Below, in pieces: positions 46,029 to 55,330 of a stretch of 64,000 bases of DNA. The stretch comes from Bacilli bacterium (GTDB lineage: Bacteria > Bacillota_I > Bacilli_A > RFN20 > CAG-826), in contig JAXFZD010000017.1 of the NCBI GenBank assembly GCA_034185265.1, forward strand, positions 5,757-69,756, in the 5' to 3' direction. Below the pieces are notes generated by a model that ran no database searches, was not told where the DNA came from, and saw only the letters and a program-made list of their open reading frames with translations. The position numbers were made by a program, and so were the translations under genes. Every line of letters begins with the position of its first letter. Within the stretch, counting starts at the first letter, position 1.

Positions 46029-47411
46029 TTATAAGAGTTTTAACTTCTCCTTAATTGTTTCTACGATATTATCTAAAGGAACTCTAACTTGTTCCATAGA
46101 ATCTCTATCTCTTAAAGTAACTTGATTATCTTCTGCTGTATCAAAATCAACAGTTAAGCATAAACAAGTACCGATCTCATCTTGTCTACGATATCTTTTA
46201 CCGATAGATCCAGTTTCATCATAGGCAACAGAGAAATGTTTATTTAAAACATTGAGCACTTCTAAAGCTTTTTCGTTTAACTTCTTAAATAAAGGAAGAA
46301 CCGCAACTTTATAAGGAGCGACGTTTGGTGAAAGATGCATTACGATACGAGTTTCTTCATTTTCTAAAGCTTCTTCATCATAAGCATCTACCACTGTCAT
46401 TAAAACAAGTCTATCTAATCCCATAGATGGCTCGATACAATATGGTAAGAAACGAGAATTTGTTTCTTGATCAAAGTATGTTAAATCTTGTTTTGAATAT
46501 TCTTGATGACGCTTTAAGTCATAATCTGTTCTATCTGCGACTCCAAGAATTTCTCCCCAACCTAAATTAGGGAAATCGTATTCTACATCGGTAGTTGCTT
46601 TAGAATAGAAAGCTAATTCTTTTGGATCATGATCTCTAAATCTTAAGAAGTCATCTCTAATTCCAAGCTGTTTAACAAAAGAAATTGAATAATCTTTCCA
46701 ATAAGCGAACCATTCTAGATCGGTTCCAGGTTTACAGAAGAATTCACATTCTAATTGATCAAACTCTCTTGTTCTAAAGGTAAAATTCCCTGGAGTAATC
46801 TCATTTCTAAAAGATTTACCAGCGTTACAAATACCAAATGGTAATTTCTTTCTACAAACTCTTTGAACACTCTTGAAGTTTGTGAAAACGCCTTGTGCAG
46901 TTTCTGGACGTAAATAAACTACTGAAGAAGAATCATCAGTTACACCAATATGAGTTTTGAACATCATGTTGAATTTTCTTATTGGCGTAAAATCTTTTTT
47001 GCCACAAACTGGACAAACAATATCGTGACTTGCGATAAATTCGTCCATTTCTTTATAATCCATCCCTTCTACGCTTACATCAGGATAAGCTGAATGAATA
47101 AGATTATCGGCTCTATGTCTAGCTTTACAAGCTTTACAGTCTACCATTGGATCATTAAATGTAGAAACATGTCCGGTCGCTTCCCAAACTTTTGGATTCA
47201 TTAAAATAGCTGCATCAATGCCAACATTTGTAGGAGATTCGGTGACAAATTTCTTCCACCAGAAATCCTTAACGTTTTGTTTAATTAACGCACCTAAAGG
47301 TCCATAATCCCATGTATTAGAAAGTCCGCCATAAATTTCAGACCCTTGGAAATAAAATCCCGAATCAATTAAATGAGTAACTATTTTGTCAAATGAATAT
47401 TTTGTTGCCAT
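46029..47411 (-). CDS. glyQS: Glycine--tRNA ligase (single-chain, class II)
   Basis: About 460 aa from ATG 47411 (MATKYSFDKIV...). The ORF-track start at 47468 lies inside the promoter. Confidence 0.95.
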   Translation of the reverse strand: MATKYSFDKIVTHLIDSGFYFQGSEIYGGLSNTWDYGPLGALIKQNVKDFWWKKFVTESPTNVGIDAAILMNPKVWEATGHVSTFNDPMVDCKACKARHRADNLIHSAYPDVSVEGMDYKEMDEFIASHDIVCPVCGKKDFTPIRKFNMMFKTHIGVTDDSSSVVYLRPETAQGVFTNFKSVQRVCRKKLPFGICNAGKSFRNEITPGNFTFRTREFDQLECEFFCKPGTDLEWFAYWKDYSISFVKQLGIRDDFLRFRDHDPKELAFYSKATTDVEYDFPNLGWGEILGVADRTDYDLKRHQEYSKQDLTYFDQETNSRFLPYCIEPSMGLDRLVLMTVVDAYDEEALENEETRIVMHLSPNVAPYKVAVLPLFKKLNEKALEVLNVLNKHFSVAYDETGSIGKRYRRQDEIGTCLCLTVDFDTAEDNQVTLRDRDSMEQVRVPLDNIVETIKEKLKLL

Positions 47412-47439
47412 AAAAAAAGCCTTTCGTATATCGCGTGAT

Positions 47440-47468
47440 ACTATACTTTTCTGGTATCTCTTTGTCAA
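47440..47468 (-). promoter_or_regulatory. Sigma-A type promoter of glyQS: TTGACA-17-TATAGT
   Basis: On the minus strand, TTGACA occupies 47468-47463 and TATAGT occupies 47445-47440. The predicted leader is only about 25-30 nt. Confidence 0.6.
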
Positions 47469-47486
47469 CCCACTATAAGATAATAA

Positions 47487-48230
47487 TTAAAGTTTTATCA
47501 GGAATTCTAGGGATTTTAAAGTCACGTTTTCTATATCTTTTATATAAAGTTTAAAAATATAAAGAAGATCTTTTGCTACGTTATTATCAATTTTAATTTG
47601 TCCAAAATTTTCTTCGCTAACCATAAATAAATATCTTAGATATATCATGGAATCTTTCTTTAAAGGCATATGGAATCTTTCATCATAGCAATCTCTGCAA
47701 ATAAAGCCACCATCTTTAAAAGAAATGGCACATATATTTTGCTTACTTCCACATCTAACACATTTATTAACTTCTAGTCTATATCCGCAAACATCAAGAA
47801 CTTTTGCAAAATAGATTAATGAAAGAGTTAAAGAATCAGCTTTGTTTTCCTTTATTTGGCAAAGAATTTTATAGAATATAGGATAAATTTCTCTAGCATC
47901 GCTAGATTCTTTTATAAATGTTGAAGTTACATCTTTAATAAACTGCAAGCATGATAAAACCTCGATTGATTCTAAAGAAATCAATTGTTCTTTAAGACTA
48001 ACTTCCTGCAAGAATAAGTTTCCGTTTTCATAAAGAACTAGAGAAAAAGAACATCTATATAATTCGTTTAGACTATTTTTATTTTTAGAAGACTTAGTAA
48101 AAATGGATTTAGCATAAAAAGAAAATACTTCATCCTTATTTATACAAGTTACAATGGCATCTTTTTCTTTATATTCAGTTAAAGAAATTATGATGCCTTC
48201 TTTATTTATAACATTTTGTTTATATTTCAT
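47487..48230 (-). CDS. recO: DNA repair protein RecO
   Basis: 247 aa. Zinc-finger motifs CVRCGSK...CRDC are present. The era-recO synteny is conserved. Confidence 0.8.
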   Translation of the reverse strand: MKYKQNVINKEGIIISLTEYKEKDAIVTCINKDEVFSFYAKSIFTKSSKNKNSLNELYRCSFSLVLYENGNLFLQEVSLKEQLISLESIEVLSCLQFIKDVTSTFIKESSDAREIYPIFYKILCQIKENKADSLTLSLIYFAKVLDVCGYRLEVNKCVRCGSKQNICAISFKDGGFICRDCYDERFHMPLKKDSMIYLRYLFMVSEENFGQIKIDNNVAKDLLYIFKLYIKDIENVTLKSLEFLIKL

Positions 48231-49098
48231 ATCCTAGACTATTTAGGATCTTTGAATTGTTTCTCCAATCAGGAACAGCTTCAACTTCAATTTCTAAACT
48301 TGCAATATGGGTATGCCACATTCTTTCTAATTCATGTCTAGCAGCCATAGAGATCTTCTTAATCATTTCGCCATTTTTTCCTATGACAATTCCTTTATGA
48401 GATTCCCTATTTACAATGAGTTTAGCTTTTATAACATAAGCCCCATCTTTTTCTTCAAATTTCTCGATTAATACAGCACTTTGATGAGGAATCTCTTGCT
48501 TTAAGAAATGGAGAAGTTTTTCTCTAATAACTTCTTTAGCTTGGAAAGCAAGATCTTTATCTGTGTAATATCCTTCTTGATAATAAGGATTTCCTTCTTC
48601 TAAATATTGGTCTAAAAGGTTTTTAAGCTCCTTCAAGCCAAAATTTTCGATAAAACAAGCTTCGATGATATCATCTTCAGGATATCTTTCTTTCATTTGC
48701 TCTAAGATTTTCTTTCCAACAGCAGGTCTAACTAAATCAATTTTATTCAAAACAAAAATCTTAGGTGCATTTGATTTAATAGAATCTATAGTTGCAAAGT
48801 CTTCATCTAAAGATTTTGCGGAAGCATCTAAAACATAGACGATTGCATTAACATCATCACTAGATTCAAATGCAACTTTGCGCATATATCTATCAATTTT
48901 TACCGAACTAGAAAAAATACCTGGAGTATCTATAAAGACAATTTGTCTTTTAGAATCGTTATAAATCCCAGAAATAGAATCTCTAGTCGTCTGAGCTTTA
49001 GGAGATACAATCGAAACTTTTTTGCTTATTAAAGCATTAAGTAACGTAGATTTTCCTACATTAGGTTTCCCTAAAATGGCTACAAAGCCTACTTTCAT
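48220..49098 (-). CDS. era: GTPase Era
   Basis: 292 aa. G1 GKPNVGKST and G4 LNKIDL are present. The C-terminal part is presumed to be the KH domain. Confidence 0.95.
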   Translation of the reverse strand: MKVGFVAILGKPNVGKSTLLNALISKKVSIVSPKAQTTRDSISGIYNDSKRQIVFIDTPGIFSSSVKIDRYMRKVAFESSDDVNAIVYVLDASAKSLDEDFATIDSIKSNAPKIFVLNKIDLVRPAVGKKILEQMKERYPEDDIIEACFIENFGLKELKNLLDQYLEEGNPYYQEGYYTDKDLAFQAKEVIREKLLHFLKQEIPHQSAVLIEKFEEKDGAYVIKAKLIVNRESHKGIVIGKNGEMIKKISMAARHELERMWHTHIASLEIEVEAVPDWRNNSKILNSLGYEI

Positions 49099-49493
49099 AA
49101 ATCTTCTCCTGTAAAAGCATATGGAAGTAATTCTCTTGGAGTTGTTTCTTTAATATCCCCTTCTAAATTAGAAAGACAAATCGGCATATCTAAAGGACAG
49201 AGTTCATGAATAACTTGTCTACATGCTCCACAAGGAGAAATAGGTTCTTTTGTTTTTCCTATTATTGCTAAAGCAACAAAATCTTCTTTTTTATAGCCGT
49301 GATTCATTGCATTATAAATTGCATTTCTTTCTGCACACATACATAAAGGATAAGAAGAATTTTCTACATTACATCCATGGAAAACTTTTCCATCTTTAGT
49401 TTCTAAAGCTGCGCCAACAGCAAATTTAGAATAAGGTGAATAAGAATTCTTTCTAGCTAATTTTGCTTCTTCTAATAATTTCTTAAAATCCAT
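49095..49493 (-). CDS. cdd: Cytidine deaminase
   Basis: 132 aa. The zinc motifs CAERNAI and PCGACRQV are present. Confidence 0.9.
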   Translation of the reverse strand: MDFKKLLEEAKLARKNSYSPYSKFAVGAALETKDGKVFHGCNVENSSYPLCMCAERNAIYNAMNHGYKKEDFVALAIIGKTKEPISPCGACRQVIHELCPLDMPICLSNLEGDIKETTPRELLPYAFTGEDL

Positions 49494-49959
49494 TTTCTTC
49501 TCCCTTTAAATAGATATTTAAAATTTCTTCTTGTAACGGAAACATAACCTTTTCATCATCTTCTTTCATATGATCATAGCCTAGAAGATGTAATAAACCA
49601 TGAATAAATAGGAAACAAACTTCTCTATTTAAGCTATTTCCAATATTTTTGGCTTGTTCTTGGGCAACATCCAAACAAATAAATATTTCCCCTAAAAGAA
49701 CTGGAATATCTTTTGAGTTAATATGTCCTATATCAGATTTATCATCCAAAAAAGCAAAAGAAATAACATCTGTTTCTCTATCAATCTTTCGATATTCCCT
49801 ATTGATTTCGTGGATTTTTTCTCTATCAACTAAATTTACATCTACTTCGTAATTTGTCTTAATGGATAAATGATTGAAGGTAATTTCTAATAATTTTAAA
49901 AACTTTTCCTCGTAAAAATCATAGATTTCGTCAAGTTCGTTATTGAAAACAAGTTCCAT
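49483..49959 (-). CDS. ybeY: rRNA maturation endoribonuclease YbeY
   Basis: 158 aa. The motif HGLLHLLGYDH is present. Confidence 0.9.
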   Translation of the reverse strand: MELVFNNELDEIYDFYEEKFLKLLEITFNHLSIKTNYEVDVNLVDREKIHEINREYRKIDRETDVISFAFLDDKSDIGHINSKDIPVLLGEIFICLDVAQEQAKNIGNSLNREVCFLFIHGLLHLLGYDHMKEDDEKVMFPLQEEILNIYLKGEENGF

Positions 49960-49999
49960 AAAGTAAGTTTACCATCCTGCTGATTAAAAATACATTTTT

Positions 50000-51211
50000 T
50001 TATAATAAATGTTGTCTAAAATAGAATTCTTCTTTCCTTCTTTTCTTTATATTTTTTTCTTCCGTTAAAACTTTTAAGAACATACTTTGTAAAAAAAGCA
50101 AAGTTAGACTTTTCATAATTAAATAAGAAGGATTTAGTTTCTGATAAAAGACAAATGAGAATAAAAACAAAATTCCTAAAGAAAAAACATAGATAATTGA
50201 TTGATTTAGAATAACGCTTCTGCTGTATTTCATTGCTTTACTATTCATTTCTTCTAATAAGGCAATTCTTTCTTCTTTAGATAAGTCGTTAGTACCTACA
50301 TAAGTTGATTCCATCGAAGAAATTTTTCTTTCTTGCTTAGAAAAAGAAGGTTCTATAAACAAGAAATTTACAAGCATAAATGCATACATTATAAGTATGC
50401 AGGCTCCAAAAAACATGTCTTCTAGGAAAAGAAATATTGAGAAGAAAGCATTGGTTAAAACATTACAAAGAAATATAGGTATTGTGGAAAAAAGACTACC
50501 TTTGAGGAAATTGTAATGTTCGAGATTCTCTTTTCTTTCTAACACATTCTCAGAGTCCACACACTTAAGATATTTCTTATCAAAATTCTTTAGAAATAGG
50601 CTTTTACCATTAAGGTCAACTAAAGAAAAGATAAGAAACAAAAAGAAAAGGCTTACGGAAATAAATGCAGGCACCTCCTCATTTGATAATAAATAGACAC
50701 CGCAAGCCAAGCTTATAATTGGTAGGATGGATAAGCCAGCCATTATGAATTGTCTTGATAAAGGCAAGATTTTCTCATGAGAATAACGGATTCCTAAATC
50801 TTGGTATTCCTCTACTCTAAGGATAATGCCAGTGAATATAGAAATAAATTCGTCAAGATGGATAGAATACCTACCAAGTTCTGGATCGATTAAGATAAAC
50901 TTACCTCTTTTTTTACGTAGTACGAGCAAAAGATGGAGACTACGATTAACATTCACGACACCTAGTAAAGGAAATTCCTTGTTCAAAGCAATGTCATTTT
51001 TATCTAAAAGCCTACTAGCCCCTAAAGAACACCCTAAAGATTTTCCATAGTTGATAATATCTTCTAGTGAAGGCGAACGGTTGCCTTCAATTTTCGGTTC
51101 AGGGGCAAATAAGATATCTCTTCGATTAAGCACAGTAAAATATATTGCGTTTTTAACCGAAGCATACCCGCAACCATTTCGCGAAGATTGAAAAGCAAAT
51201 TCCCGCCTCAT
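50000..51211 (-). CDS. Peptidase C39 (double-glycine leader peptidase) domain fused to an ABC-exporter-like 6-TM domain, without a nucleotide-binding domain
   Basis: 403 aa. Q8 and C14 occur in FQSSRNGCGYAS, H93 in SLHLLLVL, and D109 in ILIDPELG. About six hydrophobic helices follow. The ORF ends with no Walker motifs, and the next gene is ybeY. Confidence 0.6.
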   Translation of the reverse strand: MRREFAFQSSRNGCGYASVKNAIYFTVLNRRDILFAPEPKIEGNRSPSLEDIINYGKSLGCSLGASRLLDKNDIALNKEFPLLGVVNVNRSLHLLLVLRKKRGKFILIDPELGRYSIHLDEFISIFTGIILRVEEYQDLGIRYSHEKILPLSRQFIMAGLSILPIISLACGVYLLSNEEVPAFISVSLFFLFLIFSLVDLNGKSLFLKNFDKKYLKCVDSENVLERKENLEHYNFLKGSLFSTIPIFLCNVLTNAFFSIFLFLEDMFFGACILIMYAFMLVNFLFIEPSFSKQERKISSMESTYVGTNDLSKEERIALLEEMNSKAMKYSRSVILNQSIIYVFSLGILFLFSFVFYQKLNPSYLIMKSLTLLFLQSMFLKVLTEEKNIKKRRKEEFYFRQHLL

Positions 51212-51265
51212 GCTATATAGTTAGGAGAAAACGCAAAAAAGTTTAAATTAAATTTTATACATAAA

Positions 51266-51293
51266 ATAAAAAATCGCCGATACTTTCGACGAT
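51266..51293 (-). terminator. Rho-independent terminator after rpsU
   Basis: The minus strand reads ATCGTCG-aaagtat-CGGCGAT (one G-U pair), followed by TTTTTTATTTTAT. Confidence 0.6.
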
Positions 51294-51310
51294 TACAAGT
51301 GATTTTACAA

Positions 51311-51487
51311 CTAGAATTTTTTTCTTCTAGCTAACTTGGATTTCATTTTTCTCTTTAATCCAGGTTTTAAATAAGCCTCTCTTTTTCTACATTCAAGTAA
51401 GATTCCAGACTTATTAACGCCTCTTTTGAAACGTCTTAAGCCATCATCTAAAGATTCACCTTCACGTAGAACTACTTTAATAGACAC
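51311..51487 (-). CDS. rpsU: 30S ribosomal protein S21 (not in the supplied ORF track; GTG start)
   Basis: My translation is (M)[57 protein letters not shown]. An AGGAAG SD is present, and an in-frame TAA lies directly upstream of the GTG. Confidence 0.9.
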   Translation of the reverse strand: MSIKVVLREGESLDDGLRRFKRGVNKSGILLECRKREAYLKPGLKRKMKSKLARRKKF

Positions 51488-51551
51488 TTATCATCACTTC
51501 CTTTCTAACTGGGAAATATTACAGGTATTTAATTCTTAAAGCAAGTAAATT

Positions 51552-52202
51552 TTACTTTACGTATTCTTCCATTATAGCAACGCTAGCTGAAGCGCCGATT
51601 CTAGAAGCCCCTGCAGCAACTAAATCATTAACTTCAGATAAATAATGGACTCCACCAGAGGCCTTGACGCCAAGTTCAGAACCCACAGTTTTTCTCATTA
51701 AAGCGATGTCGCGAGGATTAGCCCCAGCTTTAGAGAATCCAGTAGAAGTTTTTACATAATCAGCTTTAGCTTCTTTAGCTACTTTACAAACTTCAACTTT
51801 TTCTTCATCAGTTAATAAGCATGTTTCGATAATAACTTTAAGCAAAGTATCTCCGATTGCTTTTTTAATAGCAGCAATCTCTTCCTTTATATATAAATAG
51901 TCATGATCTTTGGCTCTAGAAATATTAATTACCATGTCAACTTCTTCTGCACCGGCTTTTTTAGCATCAACAGCTTCAAAAACTTTAGTTTCAGTAGAAT
52001 TAGCTCCTAAAGGGAATCCTATAACAGTACAAACTTTTACATCACTGCCTTTAAGACATTCGGAAGCAAGAGGAATAAAGCCGGGATTTACACAAACCGA
52101 AGCGAAGTCATATTTTTTTGCCTCATTACAAAGCTTTACTATATCTTCTTTTTTTGCATCTGGTTTAAGATTTGTATGATCGAATAATTTATTAAATTTC
52201 AT
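51552..52202 (-). CDS. deoC: Deoxyribose-phosphate aldolase
   Basis: 216 aa. The Schiff-base lysine context YVKTSTGFS is present. An AAAGGAG SD is present. Confidence 0.9.
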   Translation of the reverse strand: MKFNKLFDHTNLKPDAKKEDIVKLCNEAKKYDFASVCVNPGFIPLASECLKGSDVKVCTVIGFPLGANSTETKVFEAVDAKKAGAEEVDMVINISRAKDHDYLYIKEEIAAIKKAIGDTLLKVIIETCLLTDEEKVEVCKVAKEAKADYVKTSTGFSKAGANPRDIALMRKTVGSELGVKASGGVHYLSEVNDLVAAGASRIGASASVAIMEEYVK

Positions 52203-52223
52203 GATTTATGCTCCTTTAACAAG

Positions 52224-52244
52224 AAAAAAACCCGTTAAAACGGG
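52224..52244 (-). terminator. Short terminator/attenuator hairpin between rpmF and deoC
   Basis: The minus strand reads CCCGTTTTAACGGG followed by TTTTTTT. Confidence 0.5.
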
Positions 52245-52246
52245 AA

Positions 52247-52435
52247 TTATTCTTCTTCAACTTTCTTTTGAACGACTGGTTTACCATTGTAATATCCACA
52301 TTTTGGGCAAACTCTATGTGAGCGAATCATTTCACCGCAATGTGGACATGCTACTAAGCCAGTTACTTCTAATTTGAAATGTGTTCTACGAAGTCTTTTA
52401 CGTGTTTTACTAGTTCTTCTCTGTGGGACTGCCAT
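52247..52435 (-). CDS. rpmF: 50S ribosomal protein L32
   Basis: 62 aa. It begins [13 protein letters not shown] and has CPHCG...CPKCG. Confidence 0.9.
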   Translation of the reverse strand: MAVPQRRTSKTRKRLRRTHFKLEVTGLVACPHCGEMIRSHRVCPKCGYYNGKPVVQKKVEEE

Positions 52436-52461
52436 AAATCTTCTCCTTTAAAACCTGGATT

Positions 52462-52489
52462 ATTATATAAAAGATGTTTCAGGTGTCAA
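52462..52489 (-). promoter_or_regulatory. Sigma-A type promoter of rpmF: TTGACA-16-TATAAT
   Basis: On the minus strand, TTGACA occupies 52489-52484 and TATAAT occupies 52467-52462. Confidence 0.6.
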
Positions 52490-52525
52490 TTAGTTTTTTT
52501 AGACGATGTTAAAAATCTACCAAAA

Positions 52526-53821
52526 TTAGTCGATTGCAACGGATGAATTATAATTGACTATACCAAATTTATTTGTTAAATCTTCATTAGAATTCACGCC
52601 AACAAGAAGATAGTTGCTCGTATGACCATAACAAATTTTCTTTTCTTTGTCATACTTTTCAAATAAAACTTCCATATCCTTATTATAAAAAGAGGATTTA
52701 TAGTCATTTCTTAAAGATTTAGATAAAGCTAGAAGTTCATTTACGCGACGTTTTTTAGTTTGCGAATTCACGTCTTTCATTCTGGAAGCAGCTGTTCCTT
52801 CTCTACTGGAAAAAGGAAATACATGAATTTCAGCGAATTTAATATCCTTACATAATTCTACTGTTTCTTTCCATTCTTGCTCAGTTTCTAAAGGAAATCC
52901 AACTATTATATCAGTTGTAATCGCAATATCTGGTCGGATTTCTCTTATTTTATTTACCTTCTCCCTAAAAGTTTCAACGTCATAATTGCGTTTCATTCTA
53001 CCTAAAACTGACGATGAGCCCGATTGCAATGAAATATGAAGATGAGAAACAATCTGAGGATATTTTTTAAGTAAAGATAAAAAATATTCATCAGTTTCTG
53101 TAAAATCTATTGATGAAATCCTTATTCTTTTTAACTCTGGATTAGCCAAAATCATTTCTTCTAATAAGTTAGAAAGTCCATAAGAATCTCCATAAAGATC
53201 TTTTCCATAACTTCCTATATCAATTCCGGTAATAACAATTTCTTTGAAGTCAGATTGAACTAAGTTTTTAACTTCTTCTAGGACAAGTTCTTTTTTTCTA
53301 GATCTAGAAACTCCTCTAACAAAAGGAATTAAGCAATAAGAGCAAAAATGATTACATCCATCTTGGACTTTTACATAGGCTCTAACTCTTTCTTTATAGT
53401 TACTATTAACTAAATCTTCATAACTTTCTGATTGAATGTTAACTTTTATATCTAAAATAGGTTTTTTATCCACTGAAAAAGACTTTATGTAAGGAATAAT
53501 CTTTTTTCGTCTTGTTGTTCCAATGACAATATCTGCCCCACATTCTATTGCTTCTTCACCATTTTTTTGAGTATAGCAACCCATTGCGACTAATATTGCA
53601 TGAGAATTATTTTGTCTGAAAGAACGTATATGTTGACGAGATTTTTTATCCGCCATTCCGGTCACTGAACAAGTATTTAAAATAATTACATCGGCTTCCT
53701 TAATATCTTTAGTTTCCTTGCCTCCAAGAGAAAGAAGTTCTTGGCCAATTGAAAAAGTTTCATATGTATTTACTTTGCATCCAAGCGAAAATAAATAATA
53801 TGAAAAATTATTTCTTAACAT
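52526..53821 (-). CDS. mtaB: Radical-SAM methylthiotransferase, MtaB-like (MiaB family)
   Basis: It begins MLRNNFSYYLFSLGCKVN. The radical-SAM motif CNHFCSYCLIP is present. AGGAG precedes ATG 53821, whereas the ORF track used the upstream TTG at 53842. It sits downstream of rsmE, like Bacillus yqeV. Confidence 0.8.
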   Translation of the reverse strand: MLRNNFSYYLFSLGCKVNTYETFSIGQELLSLGGKETKDIKEADVIILNTCSVTGMADKKSRQHIRSFRQNNSHAILVAMGCYTQKNGEEAIECGADIVIGTTRRKKIIPYIKSFSVDKKPILDIKVNIQSESYEDLVNSNYKERVRAYVKVQDGCNHFCSYCLIPFVRGVSRSRKKELVLEEVKNLVQSDFKEIVITGIDIGSYGKDLYGDSYGLSNLLEEMILANPELKRIRISSIDFTETDEYFLSLLKKYPQIVSHLHISLQSGSSSVLGRMKRNYDVETFREKVNKIREIRPDIAITTDIIVGFPLETEQEWKETVELCKDIKFAEIHVFPFSSREGTAASRMKDVNSQTKKRRVNELLALSKSLRNDYKSSFYNKDMEVLFEKYDKEKKICYGHTSNYLLVGVNSNEDLTNKFGIVNYNSSVAID

Positions 53822-54611
53822 GTTTGGTAAATCTCCTGTCAATAGAGATATTATCGGATGTATTTATACTCAAAAATCTACTAGAAATAAACTTATTATC
53901 AACTAATGCCTTTATAAATCTTTCTCTATCATTATCAAAGAAAGCATCAACAACTGGAGCAGTTCTTTCTCTGATATTTTCATAATTAGGATGATGGCAA
54001 TCTTTATCAAATAAGGCAACTCTTGCATTTAGACGTCCTTGATTATTAACAAAGAAAATTGACAAAGAATCTTTATCATAAAACGCTGCTTCATCTCCTA
54101 CTCTTTTTAATAAAATGAGATTTGTAAATGAAGAATCGAAAACATCAACTCCGTAAGTATCAAAAGGATCTACGACCGCACTTTCAAAGTATTTTAAAAG
54201 AATCTTATAAGGATTATTAGTTAATAATTCTAATCTATTATTATAAATTTGATTAATTGTTCTAGAAAAAATAGGAAGGAAAATATTAGATTCTTTCTCT
54301 TCAATGTGAGGAAGATTAGCACATTTTTCTTTTACTAAGGCTTGAAGCTTTTCTGGATCAACTTTAGATCCTACTTTTTCCACTTCTTTTCTTTCACGGA
54401 AATAAAACTTTTCAAATGTTTTCTTATTAATTAAGGATTTTATTATGATATTCGCTCTAATAACATCAAATGGCTCTACTGCTTTTTGAAAAATAGAAAA
54501 ATAAGGTACATCGTTTAACAAAATTGCATTTCCTAAAAAATATCTCATTTGTTCAGAATTAGAAAATGGGGTATGTCTTTGTCTTTTTGCTAGTGTTTCA
54601 AATAGATCCAT
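53808..54611 (-). CDS. Hypothetical protein; I recognise no family
   Basis: 267-aa ORF. Its start overlaps the rsmE stop (TAATG), and its last 14 nt overlap the mtaB start. Confidence 0.5.
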   Translation of the reverse strand: MDLFETLAKRQRHTPFSNSEQMRYFLGNAILLNDVPYFSIFQKAVEPFDVIRANIIIKSLINKKTFEKFYFRERKEVEKVGSKVDPEKLQALVKEKCANLPHIEEKESNIFLPIFSRTINQIYNNRLELLTNNPYKILLKYFESAVVDPFDTYGVDVFDSSFTNLILLKRVGDEAAFYDKDSLSIFFVNNQGRLNARVALFDKDCHHPNYENIRERTAPVVDAFFDNDRERFIKALVDNKFISSRFLSINTSDNISIDRRFTKHVKK

Positions 54612-55330
54612 TAGAATTTTTCCTCTATATATGAAGATATTATACTACAAGAATAAAGCGCAGCGGTTTCTGCTCTTAAAATTCTTTTACCTAAACTTAC
54701 AAAAATGAAATTATTTTCCCTAGCTAAAGAAATCTCTTTATCAGAAAATCCTCCCTCAGGTCCAATAATAATTAAGATTTTATCGGATTTTTCAATATTT
54801 TTTAACTCGCTTAATAAAGTATTAGATTTGCCAAAATCACCTTCATAAGCAAAAAAGATTTTATCGTAAAAAGAGAAATCAATTTTAGATAAAGATGAAA
54901 AAACATCAATTGAAGGTATTAAACTTCTTCTACATTGTTCGCAAGCTTCCTTAGCAATTTTCTCTAATCTAATAAATTTATTATCATCTTTAGTTATTTT
55001 AGCAACACTCCGATCAGAATTTACTACAAGGAATTTTTTAACTCCGACTTCACACCCTTTCATGACAATAAGTTCATTATAAGAGGATGATTTTAAATTA
55101 GAAAAAGCTAAATCTAGTTCTAGAGGTAATTCTCTATCACTAGAAAGCTCGCTAACAACTTTTATTTCAAGTGGTTTAATCTTACTAACAATGCATGTAA
55201 AAAGCTTTCCATTAAAAGAAATCTCGATTTCTTCGCCTATATTTACTCTTTTAACATTAATTAGATGATGTAAATCATCTTTACTTAGAGTTACAAATCC
55301 ATTATTAATTTCACCAAAATAATGCTGCAT
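54611..55330 (-). CDS. rsmE: 16S rRNA (uracil1498-N3)-methyltransferase RsmE
   Basis: 239 aa. The C-terminal SPOUT motif GPEGGFSDKEI...LGKRILRAETAAL is present. Confidence 0.85.
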   Translation of the reverse strand: MQHYFGEINNGFVTLSKDDLHHLINVKRVNIGEEIEISFNGKLFTCIVSKIKPLEIKVVSELSSDRELPLELDLAFSNLKSSSYNELIVMKGCEVGVKKFLVVNSDRSVAKITKDDNKFIRLEKIAKEACEQCRRSLIPSIDVFSSLSKIDFSFYDKIFFAYEGDFGKSNTLLSELKNIEKSDKILIIIGPEGGFSDKEISLARENNFIFVSLGKRILRAETAALYSCSIISSYIEEKF

